Positions 29,895 to 39,551 of a stretch of 64,000 nt of DNA are shown here, piece by piece (the stretch's first letter is position 1; each line of letters begins with the position of its first letter). Location of the stretch: assembly GCA_030427365.1 (NCBI GenBank), contig JAUHWW010000002.1:48-64047 (forward strand), given 5' to 3'. Under the pieces are notes generated by a model. It was not told the origin of the DNA, ran no database searches, and was given only the letters and a program-made list of their open reading frames with translations. The position numbers were made by a program, and so were the translations under genes. Origin of the DNA: a bacterium. Lineage in GTDB: Bacteria; Patescibacteriota; Saccharimonadia; Saccharimonadales; SZUA-47.

Positions 29895-29921
29895 ATAGCA
29901 CTTGCGGCTTGAGAGTGCCAA
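29895..29921. promoter_or_regulatory. CIRCE-like operator upstream of hrcA
   Basis: ATAGCACTT-N9-GAGTGCCAA. The halves match the consensus at 7/9 and 8/9 positions. Lies 13 nt upstream of the hrcA ATG. Confidence 0.6.
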
Positions 29922-30656
29922 TTAGGCAAGGAGCTTGTCAAAATTTTGCTCATAATCGTCAAGGACATCGCCAACTTCTCGACGCTGATCCTTCGATTGC
30001 TCTTTGCCGGCTACAAAGTCTGCGATTTCTGCTGCAGCTTCATGATAATCATGGTTAATGACGACTCGCACGCGCGGCTCACTGCGAATAAGATCAATGA
30101 CCTTTTTGCCCGTGCGAATCCGGTTCAAAAATTCAGTCTTAGTAATCTCCTCTCGGCCTTCAAATCGCTTGCGCCATTCTTCAAAGCTTGGTGGCAGTAT
30201 GGCGATAATTTTTGTATCAGGCTTTGCCGCTAGCACATTCTTCGCGCCCCCAAATTCAATTTCATTGATGGCTGGCTTACCAGCTGCTGCAGCCTTTTCG
30301 AGTTCTCGTATGCTCGTTCCGCTTACTTGTTGATCATGTATAAGCTCTGCTTCAAGAAACTCACCAGCTCGTAAATCTTCTAACATGCCCTCCTCCGTGC
30401 GGAAAAAGTAATTAACACCATGCTGCTCGGTCTTGCCATCGCGAAACTTCGGAGGTCGCGTAGTATCAGAGACAATCTGCTGAAAATCGTGCTGGCTCAC
30501 AAGCTGATTAATGATAGTATTGCGTCCTGCAGCAGCAGGCCCGATAAGCACCACATATTCAACGCTGTGAAGAACTTTCCGCGCATGTTCTGATACGTGG
30601 TAATCACGTAAAACGTCAATAAAAGCTTGTTTTTGTTTGAGTACAATCTCTTCCAT
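29922..30656 (-). CDS. guanylate kinase-like protein with degenerate P-loop
   Basis: 244 aa. SDTTRPPK and ILPPS motifs of the Gmk fold, but Walker A reads GPAAAGRNT (Lys to Arg, Ser/Thr to Asn). Confidence 0.6.
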   Translation of the reverse strand: MEEIVLKQKQAFIDVLRDYHVSEHARKVLHSVEYVVLIGPAAAGRNTIINQLVSQHDFQQIVSDTTRPPKFRDGKTEQHGVNYFFRTEEGMLEDLRAGEFLEAELIHDQQVSGTSIRELEKAAAAGKPAINEIEFGGAKNVLAAKPDTKIIAILPPSFEEWRKRFEGREEITKTEFLNRIRTGKKVIDLIRSEPRVRVVINHDYHEAAAEIADFVAGKEQSKDQRREVGDVLDDYEQNFDKLLA

Positions 30657-30699
30657 AGGGCAAGTATAGAGCTCAGGGGTAGCACGCGCAAGCTTTCAG

Positions 30700-31395
30700 T
30701 TAAAACAAGTCGTCAGCGTCCCCAAGCTTCTCGAGCAAGTCACCACCTATTTTCCTTGCCATTTCTTGTCGTTCGGCAGGCACTTCACCGCCACTAATTG
30801 CAAGTTTGATGTCACTCACAGCGTTCTCTAGAAGGTCATTCAGTATAAGTATGTAATCGTCCTGTAGCGCTGCATGTAGGGACTTTTTCGCTTCATCTAA
30901 GCGCCGAAGAAATGTGTCACTATCGCCTCTGCCACCAATTCGCCGCATCCACTCTTTATAGCCAGGCGGCATAATATACAGCCTGTAGATCTTTCCGAAG
31001 CCCAATGTTGCGAAGTGATCTATTTGATCGGCACGAATCGCCATCGAAGCCTGGCCATCATTGGGATATGACTTGCGGCGTGTTCCATAAAATTCGTCGG
31101 TTTCCGCAATCAGAAACTGGACGTACTCACCCTGTTTGATGTCATTCAGAATACTCGGCAAATCATCTCGGAAAAAGTAATCTCGTTTGTCTTTTTCACC
31201 CTGACGAGGTGGACGCGTAACATCACTTAGTACCTGCTGGATGCCAAGTTCTTTCATGAGTGTCGTTTTACCAGCCCCGGTTGGCCCAACAAGAGCAACC
31301 AGCTCTACTCCTTCAAGTTCGCGTCGAACTCGCTCATTAGGTTTGTACCCATCGACCAGTACGCGCGCTATCCGTAGAAAATACTCTTTTTCCAT
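30700..31395 (-). CDS. guanylate kinase-like protein
   Basis: 231 aa. Walker A GPTGAGKTT, SDVTRPPRQGE, FYGT, DYILILND. Confidence 0.65.
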   Translation of the reverse strand: MEKEYFLRIARVLVDGYKPNERVRRELEGVELVALVGPTGAGKTTLMKELGIQQVLSDVTRPPRQGEKDKRDYFFRDDLPSILNDIKQGEYVQFLIAETDEFYGTRRKSYPNDGQASMAIRADQIDHFATLGFGKIYRLYIMPPGYKEWMRRIGGRGDSDTFLRRLDEAKKSLHAALQDDYILILNDLLENAVSDIKLAISGGEVPAERQEMARKIGGDLLEKLGDADDLF

Positions 31396-31424
31396 TACCT
31401 TCCATTGTAGCTTAACGCGCTATT

Positions 31425-33203
31425 TTAATCTCTTTTCAACAATACCGTAAATGCTTCAGCAGGAATATCAACTTTGCCAAATCGTTTTAGGCGTTCTTTA
31501 CCACGTTTTTGTTTGGCGAGCACTTTTTTCTTACGTGACACGTCGCCGCCGTACAGACCGCTTGTAACATCCTTGCGGTAGGCACTTAAATCTTCGCGGG
31601 CGATAAACTTACCGCCGATTGCCGCCTGCAAAGCTACCTTAAAGTTCTGCCGTGGAATGATGTCTTTTAACTTTTCGACTGTTGTACGACCCAGCGCCTG
31701 TGCTTCGCTGCGGTGACACATGACACTTAGCGCCTCTACTATGTCACCGGCGACATAGAAATCTAACCGCACCAGATCTTCAGCGCGGTAGTCAGCCAGT
31801 TCATAATTAAACGAACCATATCCCGAGGTTTGACTCTTAAGTTTGTCATAAAAATCCGTAAGCAAGTTCGCCAACGGTGCCTCAAAGGCGACTTGAGCAA
31901 GATGGTCGTCTACATAACTAACATTTTTTTGTAGGCCTCTCGATCCAGTTATCAGCTGGATAACGGTACCGACATATTCCTTTGGAACGACGATTTCACC
32001 GTTAATCCACGGCTCCCGGATAGCTTCAATTTCATTGGCAGCCGGCATGTTGCTTGCGGCCGTCACATCAACTTCCTCTCCATTCGATAACATCACTTTG
32101 TAATCAGTCGACGGGTTCGTTACGATGAGATCAATTTCAAATTCTCGCTCAATGCGCTCGCGAATAATATCGAGATGCAGCAGGCCAAGAAAGCCAACGC
32201 GGTAGCCATGACCAAGCACCGGTGAATTTTCCGGCGTATACTCAAGAGCTGAATCGCTTAGCTTTAGCTTGTCCATCGCATCTTTGAGCTGCGGGTAAAA
32301 CTCGTTGCTACTCGGGAAAAAGCCGGCGTAGACAAATGGCTTTACTTCTTTATAGCCGGCAAGCGGCTGCGGCGATTGTTTTGTTAAGGCTACCGTATCA
32401 CCGACGCGAGCTTCGGACGTATCGTGAAAATTCGTAACTATGTATCCAATTTCTCCAGTGCTCAAAGCTCCTGCCGGCCGCATATCTGGAGAGAGCGATC
32501 CAACTTCAAGCGCATCACCCTGTGCGCCCGTCGCCATCATCTTGATGGCGCTACCTTTGCTAATCGTTCCGTCAATAACTCGCACATACAAAACAACACC
32601 TCGGTATTCGTCATAAAAGCTATCGAATATTAACGCTCGTGTATCAGAGCTTTCTTCACCCTTCGGTGGGTTTACTTTCTCAACAAGCTCATCAAGAACT
32701 GCTTCAACGCCATCACCTGTTTTCGCGCTGATCGATAAAATATCCTCCCGGGCACAACCAAGCAAGCTCATGACTTCACGGCTAACTTTCTCAACATTCG
32801 CCGCTGGCAAATCGATTTTGTTCAGCACCGGGATTATCGTCAAGTCGGCTTCCATAGCAAGATACACGTTCGCAATCGTCTGAGCCTGTATGCCTTGGGA
32901 GGCATCTACGACAAGGATTGCACCTTCACACGCCTGCAAACTGCGTGATACCTCATAACTGAAATCGACGTGACCCGGTGTATCGATGAGGTTGAGCTGC
33001 GTTCCCTTGTACTCCATGCGCACTGGGGCGAGCTTAATAGTGATGCCGCGTTCACGCTCTAGATCCATCTTATCGAGCAGCTGCTGTTTCATGGCGCGCT
33101 TCTCCACCGTGCCGGTTATTTCCAGCAGGCGATCGGCAAGTGTGCTCTTTCCATGATCAATGTGAGCAATGATGCAGAAGTTACGAATAGTTGCTTGTGA
33201 CAT
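31425..33203 (-). CDS. lepA: elongation factor 4 (LepA)
   Basis: 592 aa. G motifs AHIDHGKST, DTPGH, NKID. LepA C-terminal domain. Confidence 0.97.
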   Translation of the reverse strand: MSQATIRNFCIIAHIDHGKSTLADRLLEITGTVEKRAMKQQLLDKMDLERERGITIKLAPVRMEYKGTQLNLIDTPGHVDFSYEVSRSLQACEGAILVVDASQGIQAQTIANVYLAMEADLTIIPVLNKIDLPAANVEKVSREVMSLLGCAREDILSISAKTGDGVEAVLDELVEKVNPPKGEESSDTRALIFDSFYDEYRGVVLYVRVIDGTISKGSAIKMMATGAQGDALEVGSLSPDMRPAGALSTGEIGYIVTNFHDTSEARVGDTVALTKQSPQPLAGYKEVKPFVYAGFFPSSNEFYPQLKDAMDKLKLSDSALEYTPENSPVLGHGYRVGFLGLLHLDIIRERIEREFEIDLIVTNPSTDYKVMLSNGEEVDVTAASNMPAANEIEAIREPWINGEIVVPKEYVGTVIQLITGSRGLQKNVSYVDDHLAQVAFEAPLANLLTDFYDKLKSQTSGYGSFNYELADYRAEDLVRLDFYVAGDIVEALSVMCHRSEAQALGRTTVEKLKDIIPRQNFKVALQAAIGGKFIAREDLSAYRKDVTSGLYGGDVSRKKKVLAKQKRGKERLKRFGKVDIPAEAFTVLLKRD

Positions 33204-33229
33204 TCACGCTATTATAACAGAGGTGGCTC

Positions 33230-34810
33230 CTACATCTTGATTGGTTTTAGGATTAAGCGCGTCAACTTGTTTATAGCTTGCTGGGCTTCTTTGAAGCCAA
33301 ACAACGTTGAAACAGCGATATGCACCGCGAAAGTGGCAGCGACAATTGCACCAAGCTTGGTACCGAGAACAAAGAAACCAACATCGTTTGCTTGTAGCGG
33401 CAAAATCGTCACCATGATAAAAGCTGTTACCATCGTGAATCCGGTTACCGATATTAAGCGCACAATTGTGTGCAGCAATTCAACCGTAAATAATTTCGGG
33501 TCGCGCAAATGGATAACGATTCCCAGCACAGTCACCTCTGCGATAGCGGTGATTGACTGCGCGATGGCCAGCCCGGCGGCGCCGTATGCCTCAGGACGCG
33601 CTAGGGCAAACACCAGAATGATGTTCAGAGCGATCGCAAATACGGAAATGATCAGCGGCGTAGACGTATCTTTGTAAGCATAGAAATATCGTGTCAGCAA
33701 TGTAAAAACAATGCGGAAGAATATCGCTACGGCTAAGAAGCCGAGAATCAGCGCAATCTCTGGCGACCCTCTCTTAAAAATCAAACGTGCCAAATATCCC
33801 CGCGTGAAATACGTCACCACCATAATCGGCAGTGCAATCCACATCAAAATGCGGAGCACGTCTATAAACTCTTTGCGGAACAAATCCGGCCTGCCCTGCG
33901 ACAGGCGCTCGGTCAAACGCGGAAAAGCCGCCGTTGAAATCGATGAGCCAATTAATAAAATCGGCGCTGTGTGAAGAATGAAAGCGTTTTCATAGTTACT
34001 GACGACTCCTTGTCCGATTACCGTTGCGCGGTTCGTCTCGACGATGGAGTTCACTGAGTCAACTCCTTGATCAAGCGAGCGAGCTGGGAGCAAGCGAAGA
34101 ATCTTTCGAAAATCTGGTGATTTAAAACGAATTTCCGGCTTGTAGTGGAATGACAATCCCTTGACACCTATTAGTGCAACCAGAAACTGTGCAAACGCCC
34201 CAATCGCAGCTCCGATTCCGAGTCCGGTTATCCCGATTGTGTCATCAAAAACAAATATGCTGACGATAATGAACGCGTTATACACTATCGGGGTTAGCGC
34301 AAAAATGAAAAATCGCCCGAAGACCTGCTGCGTGCTGGTTAGGATGCCAGATAAGGTAAAGAAAAACGGGTTAAACGCGATATAGCGCATGATAGTAACA
34401 GCGTCGTCATGTGTCTGGGGAGGCAAGTCAGCGATCAAATGAATCAGAGGGTCGGCAAAAATCAGTATGGCGATCCCAAGGATAAACGTGATGATTCCCA
34501 GGAGATTCATCAGACTGTTTGACAGCTGCCACACGCCCCGGCGGTCACCTTTGCTCATCCGGTCGCTCAAAACAGGTATGAGTACGACACTCAGAACACC
34601 CGCTGCCAACACATAGAAAAAGAAGTCAGGAACTTTAAAAGCAGTAAAGTAGGCATCTGTGCTCTCTGACCCGTAGAGGTCGAAGTTCCCGTTGACGAGC
34701 ATGGTACGCAAGAAGCCAAGCAACTGCGCAAACAACATGCTGACCACGAGCAAAGTGGCCGCACCAGGAAGAGAGATCCGCTTGGCTCTGCGGGTTAATG
34801 TATTCGCCAT
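33230..34810 (-). CDS. murJ: lipid II flippase MurJ (MviN)
   Basis: 526 aa, about 14 TM, MurJ-like N-terminal region. Confidence 0.88.
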   Translation of the reverse strand: MANTLTRRAKRISLPGAATLLVVSMLFAQLLGFLRTMLVNGNFDLYGSESTDAYFTAFKVPDFFFYVLAAGVLSVVLIPVLSDRMSKGDRRGVWQLSNSLMNLLGIITFILGIAILIFADPLIHLIADLPPQTHDDAVTIMRYIAFNPFFFTLSGILTSTQQVFGRFFIFALTPIVYNAFIIVSIFVFDDTIGITGLGIGAAIGAFAQFLVALIGVKGLSFHYKPEIRFKSPDFRKILRLLPARSLDQGVDSVNSIVETNRATVIGQGVVSNYENAFILHTAPILLIGSSISTAAFPRLTERLSQGRPDLFRKEFIDVLRILMWIALPIMVVTYFTRGYLARLIFKRGSPEIALILGFLAVAIFFRIVFTLLTRYFYAYKDTSTPLIISVFAIALNIILVFALARPEAYGAAGLAIAQSITAIAEVTVLGIVIHLRDPKLFTVELLHTIVRLISVTGFTMVTAFIMVTILPLQANDVGFFVLGTKLGAIVAATFAVHIAVSTLFGFKEAQQAINKLTRLILKPIKM

Positions 34811-34855
34811 AAGTACCTACAGTATAAGCGCTTTCACACAGATAACGAAGGCGTT

Positions 34856-36739
34856 TTAATACAGCGCTGCTGCTTTTGGCATCTTTGTTCCCTCGAAGAG
34901 CTCTTTCACTTCAGCATCTTCCAGCGTTTCTTTCTCGAGAAGCGCATCTTTGAGTTCCTCGAGTTTTTTGCGGTTTGCCGTAATCACAATACGTGCGCGG
35001 TTTGCCGCCTCACTAATGAGTGCCTCAACTTCATCATCAATCACCTTTGCTGTCTCATCAGAGTATTGCCGCTCGTGCATCATTCGATCCATGATCATGC
35101 CGTCATCAACATGAAAGACTTGGTTGCGCAGTTTTTTACCCATTCCTTGATTCGTCACCATTTCTCGGGCAAGTTCTGCAGCTTTCTGCAAGTCGTTCCC
35201 AGCACCAGTTGTCACGCGGTCCTCGCCATAGATGATTTCTTCAGCAATGCGGCCACCGAGCATCCGCGCCAAAATATCTTTGTACTCAACAATGCTGTGG
35301 TAGCTGCGATCCTCCGGCGGGATAAACCACGTCACGCCGCCAGTACCACCGCGCGGAATAATTGTCACTTTATGGACGTCATCGCTGTCAGGCATGACAT
35401 GACCAACAATGGCATGTCCTGCTTCATGGTAAGCCGTGAGTTCTTTCTCCTTCTCGTTCATGACCTTGCTCTTGCGCTCAGGTCCGATAGCCACCTTCTC
35501 AAAGGCTGCCGTCACGTCGTCATTCGTAATCGTTTTGCGGTTATTTTTGGCAGCGACGATTGCGGCCTCGTTCATGATGTTGGCTAGGTCAGCACCGCTC
35601 GTGCCGGCTGTTTTTCCAGCCAGAGCGTCGAGGTTGACCGCTTTTTCAAGAGGTTTTTTCTTGGCGTGCACTTTTAGAATTGCTTCACGGTCTTTTCGAT
35701 CAGGCAGACCGATATTCACGCGGCGATCGAATCGTCCGGGACGAAGCAATGCTGGATCAAGCACGTCCGCGCGGTTTGTCGCTGCCAAGACAATAACGTT
35801 TTGGCCTTGCTCAAAACCATCCATTTCAACCAAGATTTGGTTTAGCGTTTGTTCACGCTCGTCATGCCCGCCTCCCATTCCTGAGCCGCGGCGGCGACCT
35901 ACTGCATCGATTTCATCGACGAAAATAATTGCTGGCGCATTTTTCTTTGCCTTGGCGAACAAATCACGGACACGTGACGCACCAACACCGACAAACATCT
36001 CAACAAATTCTGAACCGGAAAGTGAAAAGAACGGCACATCCGCTTCGCCGGCCACCGCGCGCGCCAGCATTGTTTTACCGGTTCCCGGCGGACCAACAAG
36101 CAACATACCTTTTGGAATGCGGGCGCCGTTTGATTCATACTTTTTCGGACTTTTTAGGAAATCGACAATCTCCTCTAAGTCTTCCTTCGCCTCGGCGGAA
36201 CCAGCGATGTCTTTGAAGGTGACTTTATCTTTCTCGTTGCCGTACAATCGAGCTTTTGAACGGCCAAAACTCATTGCCTGGTTACCTTGACCCTGAGCTG
36301 AACGCATCATCCAAAAGAGCAAACCACCAATGAGGAACACAGGTAACAGTCCAATCGCGAGGTCGCGCCATACCTGACCTGAGGTATCAGGCTCTTCAAT
36401 ACTCACCTTAACATCACGATTCTCAAGTCCTTGCTCATAGATCGATGAGCCCGGTTCTTTTTGAGATTCCTGCGTTGGTTCTTCTTCACCGTTTGGGGTA
36501 ATTTTCAGCTTGTTTCCTTGCACGACAATCTCTGACACTTCGCCGTTATTGGCTCTTTGCAGAACATCAGAAAACGCGACCTGCTCTAGCTCTGGATCAG
36601 GCGAATAGCTGCTAAACCCAAGCGCTAAGAATCCGACAATCGCAACGATAAATAGCGCTGTTCGAATATTACGGTTATTTCCCCCTTTGCGGCCGCCTGG
36701 CCCAAGTGGTTTTTTTGGTGGTTTCATCTTTTTATCCAT
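34856..36739 (-). CDS. ftsH: ATP-dependent zinc metalloprotease FtsH
   Basis: 627 aa. Two TM, AAA Walker [14 protein letters not shown] zinc motif. Confidence 0.97.
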   Translation of the reverse strand: MDKKMKPPKKPLGPGGRKGGNNRNIRTALFIVAIVGFLALGFSSYSPDPELEQVAFSDVLQRANNGEVSEIVVQGNKLKITPNGEEEPTQESQKEPGSSIYEQGLENRDVKVSIEEPDTSGQVWRDLAIGLLPVFLIGGLLFWMMRSAQGQGNQAMSFGRSKARLYGNEKDKVTFKDIAGSAEAKEDLEEIVDFLKSPKKYESNGARIPKGMLLVGPPGTGKTMLARAVAGEADVPFFSLSGSEFVEMFVGVGASRVRDLFAKAKKNAPAIIFVDEIDAVGRRRGSGMGGGHDEREQTLNQILVEMDGFEQGQNVIVLAATNRADVLDPALLRPGRFDRRVNIGLPDRKDREAILKVHAKKKPLEKAVNLDALAGKTAGTSGADLANIMNEAAIVAAKNNRKTITNDDVTAAFEKVAIGPERKSKVMNEKEKELTAYHEAGHAIVGHVMPDSDDVHKVTIIPRGGTGGVTWFIPPEDRSYHSIVEYKDILARMLGGRIAEEIIYGEDRVTTGAGNDLQKAAELAREMVTNQGMGKKLRNQVFHVDDGMIMDRMMHERQYSDETAKVIDDEVEALISEAANRARIVITANRKKLEELKDALLEKETLEDAEVKELFEGTKMPKAAALY

Positions 36740-36807
36740 GTACTCTCTTCCTTTTTGGAATACTGACCTTTTTGCCAGCTTGTCTCTATAGTGAAGATTA
36801 TACCGTC

Positions 36808-37674
36808 TTACCCTCGACTTTTTGGTACAGCCTTCACAGTTTTTTTCTTACTTTCGAGCCAGAGGCTTTCGTCGACATCGACTTTCTTGCCAGCAGGCAG
36901 GGTTTTTGCAGCTACCGCTAGACGCTCGATTGCTTGCCTGTCCAGATGTACTGCGCCGCGCGAAACAAGCCACGTGCGCATAATTTCTCGCTGAACTGGC
37001 CATGAAAAATGCAGCAACGGCCAGCGCGGCAACTCATCACTCTCCGGCACGACATACTCAAGCAGCCCATCGACTTCAAAATATATGTCCTCAATCCTTT
37101 TTCGTGCAGCCAACAGATCATGACGCTTTGTTTCAAGCTTTGGCATGACATGATGGCGAACATAATTACGTAGATAATCATCGGACTCGTTGCTCGGATC
37201 TTCGCGCCACGTTAGGCTATTTTCATGCGCGTACTCGATTAAAGCGGATTTCGTTACCTGCAACAGCGGCCGAAGGATATCGTTAGTATTCCGCAAACTA
37301 ACCAACCCTCGTGGCCCTGTCCCGCGCAAGATATTAATAATCATCGTTTCTAAAACATCATCTTGATGATGCGCCGTAATAATGCGGTCAGCTTGATACT
37401 TCTCCATAATCTGGTGCAGAAACTCGTAGCGCTTTTCGCGCGCAAGGGCCTCGCTGGTATTCTCACCAAGCTTCCCCTCTTCTGCCTCAAAGGCTAATTG
37501 CAAGTTTTTTGCAATTTGCTCAACAAACTCCCTGTCTTTGGTTGAATCAGGACGCATGCCGTGGTCGTAGTGCGCTACAACGTAACGAACGTTTTCAGGC
37601 TTCCTCGCAACCAATTTGTGCAGCAAAGCAACTGAATCCACTCCGCCACTGACTGCGACAATAAACTTCTTCAT
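36808..37674 (-). CDS. tilS: tRNA(Ile)-lysidine synthase TilS
   Basis: PP-loop SGGVDS near the N-terminus. Start taken at MKKFIVAVSGG. Confidence 0.9.
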   Translation of the reverse strand: MKKFIVAVSGGVDSVALLHKLVARKPENVRYVVAHYDHGMRPDSTKDREFVEQIAKNLQLAFEAEEGKLGENTSEALAREKRYEFLHQIMEKYQADRIITAHHQDDVLETMIINILRGTGPRGLVSLRNTNDILRPLLQVTKSALIEYAHENSLTWREDPSNESDDYLRNYVRHHVMPKLETKRHDLLAARKRIEDIYFEVDGLLEYVVPESDELPRWPLLHFSWPVQREIMRTWLVSRGAVHLDRQAIERLAVAAKTLPAGKKVDVDESLWLESKKKTVKAVPKSRG

Positions 37675-37690
37675 GTACACTTTATAGTAG

Positions 37691-38314
37691 ATGAGTGAGC
37701 CCGATTATAAAAAACTCTCTGAGCGTATGCTGGAATTTCAGAAATTCTTGGATATGTTTTGGGATATCGAGCGACGAATCTTTCTGCCTGACCATGCGCG
37801 GAAAGACCGACTGGAAACCGACACCGAGCACTCGTATCATCTGGCGATGCACGCATGGTTTCTCAGCCAGCACTTTCCTGGGCTTAACAAAGAAAAAATC
37901 TTAAAATATGCCCTCGCGCACGACTTGGTAGAAATTTACGCTGGTGATGTCATGGCGATTGGCCGCACTGATAAAGAACAGGCCGCAAAAGAGGCACGTG
38001 AAAAAGAAGCGTTTGAGCGAATTACCGCAGAGTGGGCTGATTTCCCAGAAATGCTAGAAGCGCTTAAGGCCTACGAAGAAAAATCTGATGCAGAAGCAGT
38101 ATTTGTAAACGCGCTCGATAAGATAACTCCGATACTTCATCAGTTCAACTCTAAAGGTAAAACGTGGAAAAAGTGGGATATGGACCGCGCCGAAGTGCTC
38201 CATCACAAAGATACAAAAACGAAGCATTCTAAAGAGGTCAATGCTCTATGGAAAGAGCTGAGAAAGGTGCTCCTCGAACATCCAGAATGGTTCAACGAAG
38301 GGAAAACATCATGA
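37691..38314 (+). CDS. HD-domain phosphohydrolase (YfbR-like)
   Basis: 207 aa. H...HD metal motif (TEHSYHLAM ... AHDLVEIYAGD). Confidence 0.8.
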   Translation: MSEPDYKKLSERMLEFQKFLDMFWDIERRIFLPDHARKDRLETDTEHSYHLAMHAWFLSQHFPGLNKEKILKYALAHDLVEIYAGDVMAIGRTDKEQAAKEAREKEAFERITAEWADFPEMLEALKAYEEKSDAEAVFVNALDKITPILHQFNSKGKTWKKWDMDRAEVLHHKDTKTKHSKEVNALWKELRKVLLEHPEWFNEGKTS

Positions 38315-38749
38315 AGTACACGGGGCCATCAGCAAAACCTCATGATAGCGGAGTCGCCGTCGGTATTGTCGTAATCCAGCACGGCAAGCTGTTACTCATG
38401 AAGCGAACAGGCGGTAGCACAGGAGAAGGAACCTGGGCGATACCTGGTGGTGCGGTAGATTTCATGGAAGACCCTGAAGACGCCGCAGCGAGAGAGCTTG
38501 CAGAGGAAACCGGCCTCAAGGCGCAGTCATTCCAGATGCTCGGGTACACAAACGACCAGCACATTAAAGAAAAGTTGCACTACATTGGCTTCCGACTCTT
38601 TTACTGGCGAGCCAAAAATTATGGAGCCCCACAAAGCAACCGAAATAGGATGGTTCGATATCAGTGAGTTACCTTCACCACTATATCGACCAACAGAAAT
38701 AAAGTTAGCGGATCCTAATGTGTTGCGGTTTATAAAGGAAAAGTCATGA
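38311..38749 (+). pseudogene. NUDIX hydrolase interrupted by a frameshift
   Basis: The Nudix box GGAVDFMEDPEDAAARELAEETGL is in the frame of ORF 38248-38667. The conserved C-terminal part (GEPKIMEPHKATEIGWFDISELP) is in the frame of ORF 38498-38749. The switch is near the T-run at about 38598-38604. Total length is 439 nt, which is not divisible by 3. Confidence 0.7.
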
Positions 38750-39306
38750 AACATCTCTATTTCGTTCGTCACGGTCAAGCTGTAAATAACTTAAAGAATA
38801 ATGAACTCGTTGGCGGCCACTTCGATGCTCCCCTGACTGAAAAAGGGATAACACAAGCAAGGGATGTTGCCAGTGAAATCGTAAACTCAGGGTTAACGTT
38901 CGATGTGATACTGAGCTCACCACTTCAGAGAGCACATCACACTGCAAAAATAATCGCAGAATCCATTAGCTTCCCCAAAAGTAACATCGAGTTGCTTGAC
39001 ATTCTGAAAGAACGTGATTTTGGCGAACTGGCTGGCAAACCATTCGAAGAAGCGCTTGGCATGACAATGAGCGAATATCTAGCAAACCCACTTTCTGCGG
39101 ATAGCATCGAAGGTGTGGAAACATTGGCAGAGTTACATAATAGAGCAGGAAAGATAGTTCAGATAGTAAGAGAAAGGCCTGAGGAATCAGTGCTGATAGT
39201 GGCACACGGGGCGCTTGGTAGGTCCATAAAAAAGAACATTGAAGGTGTGCCTTACGACAAAGAAGTAGAAAAGATACCAAACGCTAAGCTCATAAAGCTT
39301 ATCTAG
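38746..39306 (+). CDS. histidine phosphatase (phosphoglycerate mutase-like) family protein
   Basis: 186 aa. RHGQ catalytic motif at the N-terminus. ATGA overlap with the upstream gene. Confidence 0.85.
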   Translation: MKHLYFVRHGQAVNNLKNNELVGGHFDAPLTEKGITQARDVASEIVNSGLTFDVILSSPLQRAHHTAKIIAESISFPKSNIELLDILKERDFGELAGKPFEEALGMTMSEYLANPLSADSIEGVETLAELHNRAGKIVQIVRERPEESVLIVAHGALGRSIKKNIEGVPYDKEVEKIPNAKLIKLI

Positions 39307-39330
39307 AGAATGCAATTAATCGTTACAATG

Positions 39331-39354
39331 AAAAAAGACCCACAGATGTGAGTC
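39331..39354. terminator. bidirectional intrinsic terminator between the phosphatase gene and the tRNA
   Basis: GACCCACA-GA-TGTGAGTC stem flanked by an A-run and a T-run. Confidence 0.65.
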
Positions 39355-39362
39355 ATTTTTCT

Positions 39363-39439
39363 TGGTAGCAGGAGCCAGGATTGAACTGGCGACCTCAGGC
39401 TTATGAGTCCTGCGCTCTAACCGACTGAGCTATCCTGCC
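39363..39439 (-). tRNA. tRNA-CAU, elongator type (probably Met), CCA encoded
   Basis: 77-nt cloverleaf: GGCAGGA/TCCTGCT acceptor, GCTC/GAGC D stem, CTCATAA loop, GCCAG-TTCAATC-CTGGC T arm. Confidence 0.92.
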
Positions 39440-39503
39440 ATATGTTGAACGTGAGCTTGATTTTATCAAATTGACATCTGTTTTGCTAGTATCGGCACAA
39501 TTA

Positions 39504-39551
39504 AAAACTTCTTTGGGAGAGGACTGACCCTTACATTCCCAAAGAAGTTTT
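39504..39551 (-). terminator. strong hairpin, likely minus-strand intrinsic terminator
   Basis: Perfect 15-bp stem AAAACTTCTTTGGGA/TCCCAAAGAAGTTTT with an 18-nt loop. On the minus strand it is followed by TTTTTAATT. Confidence 0.5.

Noticed and set aside
35436-36290. 284-aa plus-strand ORF inside ftsH
   Set aside because: It is fully antisense to a confidently identified FtsH gene. The Ser/Ala/Arg-rich low-complexity translation is typical of a shadow ORF.
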